DNA of 64,000 bases from Promethearchaeota archaeon (GTDB lineage Archaea; Asgardarchaeota; Lokiarchaeia; Sigyniarchaeales; SOKP01): positions 1 through 64,000 of the forward strand of contig JAEOTP010000034.1 in the NCBI GenBank assembly GCA_016839765.1, read 5' to 3'. Below, piece by piece: positions 61,464-64,000 of this stretch. A program made the position numbers and the translations under genes. The stretch's first letter is position 1; each line of letters starts with the position of its first letter. The notes beneath the pieces were generated by a model. It made no database searches. It saw only the letters and a list, made by a program, of their open reading frames with translations, and was not told the origin of the DNA.

Positions 61464-63713
61464 TTGGTTAAAACACTTATTTTAAATAAAAAGAATAAAT
61501 TAATTCTTGAAGAAATAGAAAGCGAGTTAAATAAATTTGAAGATCTACTAGAAAGCAAGAATAGCCAGCAAAAAATACATTATAGTAAATGGTATAATTA
61601 TTTTGTTAAAATATATGGAAGCAAATATACAAATCTGCGTTTATATATATTATTTGCTTTACTTTATTTCTTAGGGTATCTATTTATCCTAAAATTTATC
61701 TTGAAATGCAATATTTTTTCTCATTTTAAAAGATTTACTATTGAAAAATTTGATAATTTAAAAGATAAGATTAAGAACGAATATAACGAAAAATTATTTC
61801 TTTTTGATGATTATTTCAGTCCTTTTTTTGAAATGCTTGAAGATATGAATCAAGATTCATATACAAAATTCATGAATATTATAGACAAAGAGATTTTTGG
61901 ATTGTCGATACCTAAGGATGACTTTTTTAATTTTTTTATACAAAACTTTTTCTCGAATCTAATTAGGCATAAATCGGGTGAGTTTTATACTCCAAAATTT
62001 CTAGCCAAAAAAATGGTTGATGAAAGCTATGAATTTGGAGAAAAAGTACTTGATCCTAGTTGTGGTTCAGCCAATTTTCTAGTTGAAATTCTTAAAATTA
62101 TAATTTCTTCCAATAAATCAGAAGAAGAGAAAATAGCAGCAATAAATAACCTTAACGGTTATGATATCAACCCAATTTCAATTTTTATAGCTAAGATTAA
62201 CTTTTTTTTGTTGTTGAAGGAAAAAGTTTCAAAGATTAAATTCAATCTTTTTATAACAGATGCATTATTCCCATCAGAAATTAGGCCAAAGGAAAGGTTT
62301 GATTTAGTAATTGGTAATCCTCCTTGGTATACATTAAGAGATATAGAATCAATTGAATTACAGCATCAAATAAAACAATTAGCAGAAAAATTAAAAATCA
62401 AACCACGACCAAAAAATGTTTTGAATATCGAAATCGCATCCCTTTTCTTTTATAAAGCAAAATGCGCGTATATGAAGGAGAATGGTAAGATTTTTTTTGT
62501 AATAACGAAAGGAATTATGAACGGGTCTCACGCATCTCGTTTCCGTAGTTTTGAAGGTTTTTTTAATATAAAAATTTGGCAATTTAAACCCAATATAGAA
62601 AAAATATTTAATATAGATTTTATATGTTTATATGCTAAGAAATCAGACTCTTATCACCTACATAAAACATTTGAAATTCCAGTATACTATTATAATATAG
62701 CAGAAAATCAAACAAATCCTAATTGTTTTGAAGATTGCGATTTAAATATGGAAAAGAAAGAAATTTTTATTCCTTATCACGTTGAAAAAAGAAATGCTAA
62801 AACCTATATTCATAAATTAGTGTCAAAAGAAGAATATCAAAACCTGTTATTTTTCAAACAAAGTGAATATAAAAAACTATTTCATAAAGGGGCAGATTTA
62901 AATCCTAGAAATTTAATCTTTATCAATTACGAAAGGTTTAATAACTCTTTAGTTAAAATTAATCCTGACGAGAGAATCTTTAAAAGAGCAAAAACACCTT
63001 GGAGTAAAATAGAGTTTAACAATGAAATTATTGAAAAACAATATATTTTTAAAGTTATTAAAAGTACTGAACTTGTTAAATTCTTTGTCTATAATTTTTA
63101 TGATGTTTTTCTACCACTTTCAAAGGAAGATTTAAACTTTAATTATTCCAGATTACCAAAATACGCTAAAAATTTTTATGATAAAATTAATCGTATTTAC
63201 TTAAGACATAAAAAAGAGACTACTAAAAATAAATCATTAATGGATAATTTAAATCGTTGGTCAAAACTCATTAATCCGCGCCAAAGTGCTAAAATAAAAG
63301 TTGTATATAATAATTCTGGTTCAATTCTAAATTCTGCGGTGATTCTAGGAGATTATTTAATAACAGGAGATTTAAGTTTTTATAATGCAAAAAGTTTAGA
63401 AGAAGCCTATTATCTATCAGCGATTTTAAATTCACCTCTAATAAATAAACAAATTCGGATTAAAAAGAGTTCAAGGCATATATTCAAAATTCCATTTGAA
63501 AATCCAGTTAAAATATTTAATCCAGAAGATGAAAATCATAAATTATTAGCAGATTTAGGTAAGAAAGGGCAAACTATTTCAAAATCAATCTATGAGACTC
63601 TGATTAAAAGGGAGAAACGGATTCCTTCTAAATTAAAGATTCAAAAAAGTATTGATAAAGAATTGAGACCTTTATTAAATCAAATTGATAAATTAGTAAT
63701 AAAAGAATTTTAA
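61464..63713 (+). CDS. N6-adenine DNA methyltransferase (Eco57I/N-6 methylase-like, gamma order) with TRD-like C-terminus
   Basis: GEFYTP, VLDPSCGS, G.DINP, FDLVIGNPPW, YYL.AILNS. Confidence 0.85.
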   Translation: MVKTLILNKKNKLILEEIESELNKFEDLLESKNSQQKIHYSKWYNYFVKIYGSKYTNLRLYILFALLYFLGYLFILKFILKCNIFSHFKRFTIEKFDNLKDKIKNEYNEKLFLFDDYFSPFFEMLEDMNQDSYTKFMNIIDKEIFGLSIPKDDFFNFFIQNFFSNLIRHKSGEFYTPKFLAKKMVDESYEFGEKVLDPSCGSANFLVEILKIIISSNKSEEEKIAAINNLNGYDINPISIFIAKINFFLLLKEKVSKIKFNLFITDALFPSEIRPKERFDLVIGNPPWYTLRDIESIELQHQIKQLAEKLKIKPRPKNVLNIEIASLFFYKAKCAYMKENGKIFFVITKGIMNGSHASRFRSFEGFFNIKIWQFKPNIEKIFNIDFICLYAKKSDSYHLHKTFEIPVYYYNIAENQTNPNCFEDCDLNMEKKEIFIPYHVEKRNAKTYIHKLVSKEEYQNLLFFKQSEYKKLFHKGADLNPRNLIFINYERFNNSLVKINPDERIFKRAKTPWSKIEFNNEIIEKQYIFKVIKSTELVKFFVYNFYDVFLPLSKEDLNFNYSRLPKYAKNFYDKINRIYLRHKKETTKNKSLMDNLNRWSKLINPRQSAKIKVVYNNSGSILNSAVILGDYLITGDLSFYNAKSLEEAYYLSAILNSPLINKQIRIKKSSRHIFKIPFENPVKIFNPEDENHKLLADLGKKGQTISKSIYETLIKREKRIPSKLKIQKSIDKELRPLLNQIDKLVIKEF

Positions 63714-63823
63714 TATCAAAATAATAGGGAAATATTATATTAAAATATAAAATTGTTAATTTTCTTGTGTTATATTAAGAAAACTTAATTTACATATGAT
63801 TTATAATAAAGTAAATTCCCATA

Positions 63824-64000
63824 ATGATAATTAGAAACTTTGTTTTTAAGCTCCTTGTAGCTGGAAATGGCGGCGTGGGTAAAACAACCTTGCTAAGGAG
63901 ATATGTAGATGGCATCTTCGACGAATCTACAATTACAACTATCGGAGTTGATTTCTTCTTAAAAGAAATGTCATTGGAAGAAGGAAATTGCTCCTTACAA
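63824..64000 (+). CDS. Rab-like small GTPase (5' part; runs off the window)
   Basis: Manual translation MIIRNFVFKLLVAGNGGVGKTTLLRRYVDGIFDESTITTIGVDFFLKEMSLEEGNCSLQ: G1 GxxxxGKT, G2 Thr and RabF1-like IGVDF. Confidence 0.9.
   Translation, partial: MIIRNFVFKLLVAGNGGVGKTTLLRRYVDGIFDESTITTIGVDFFLKEMSLEEGNCSLQ

Overview
An AT-rich (roughly 30% GC or lower by eye), gene-dense archaeal chromosome segment, very probably from an Asgard archaeon of the Lokiarchaeia. The assignment rests on a Rab-like small GTPase at the right edge, a gelsolin-domain protein, an archaeal type A RNase P RNA, Cdc6/Orc1, XerA, an HdrA-MvhD fusion and several Zn-finger families typical of Lokiarchaeia. It holds mostly housekeeping and metabolic genes: a giant repeat-rich surface protein (cut by the left edge), a membrane pyrophosphatase, a glycyl-radical-enzyme/sulfatase cluster, thioredoxin reductases, steroid-5-alpha-reductase-like genes, tldD/pmbA, purA, a PiT transporter, tyrosine phenol-lyase, hypB and a class I FBP aldolase. 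I found no CRISPR array, IS element or provirus. The standout feature is purA. Its P-loop (W-G-D-E-G-K-G-K) is interrupted by a 30-nt insert carrying an in-frame TAA. The insert's junctions fold into a tRNA-endonuclease-type bulge-helix-bulge, and cleavage at the canonical positions restores WGDEGKGK exactly. This is a strong candidate for an EndA/RtcB-spliced mRNA intron in an Asgard protein-coding gene. All calls come from reading the sequence; no database search was run.
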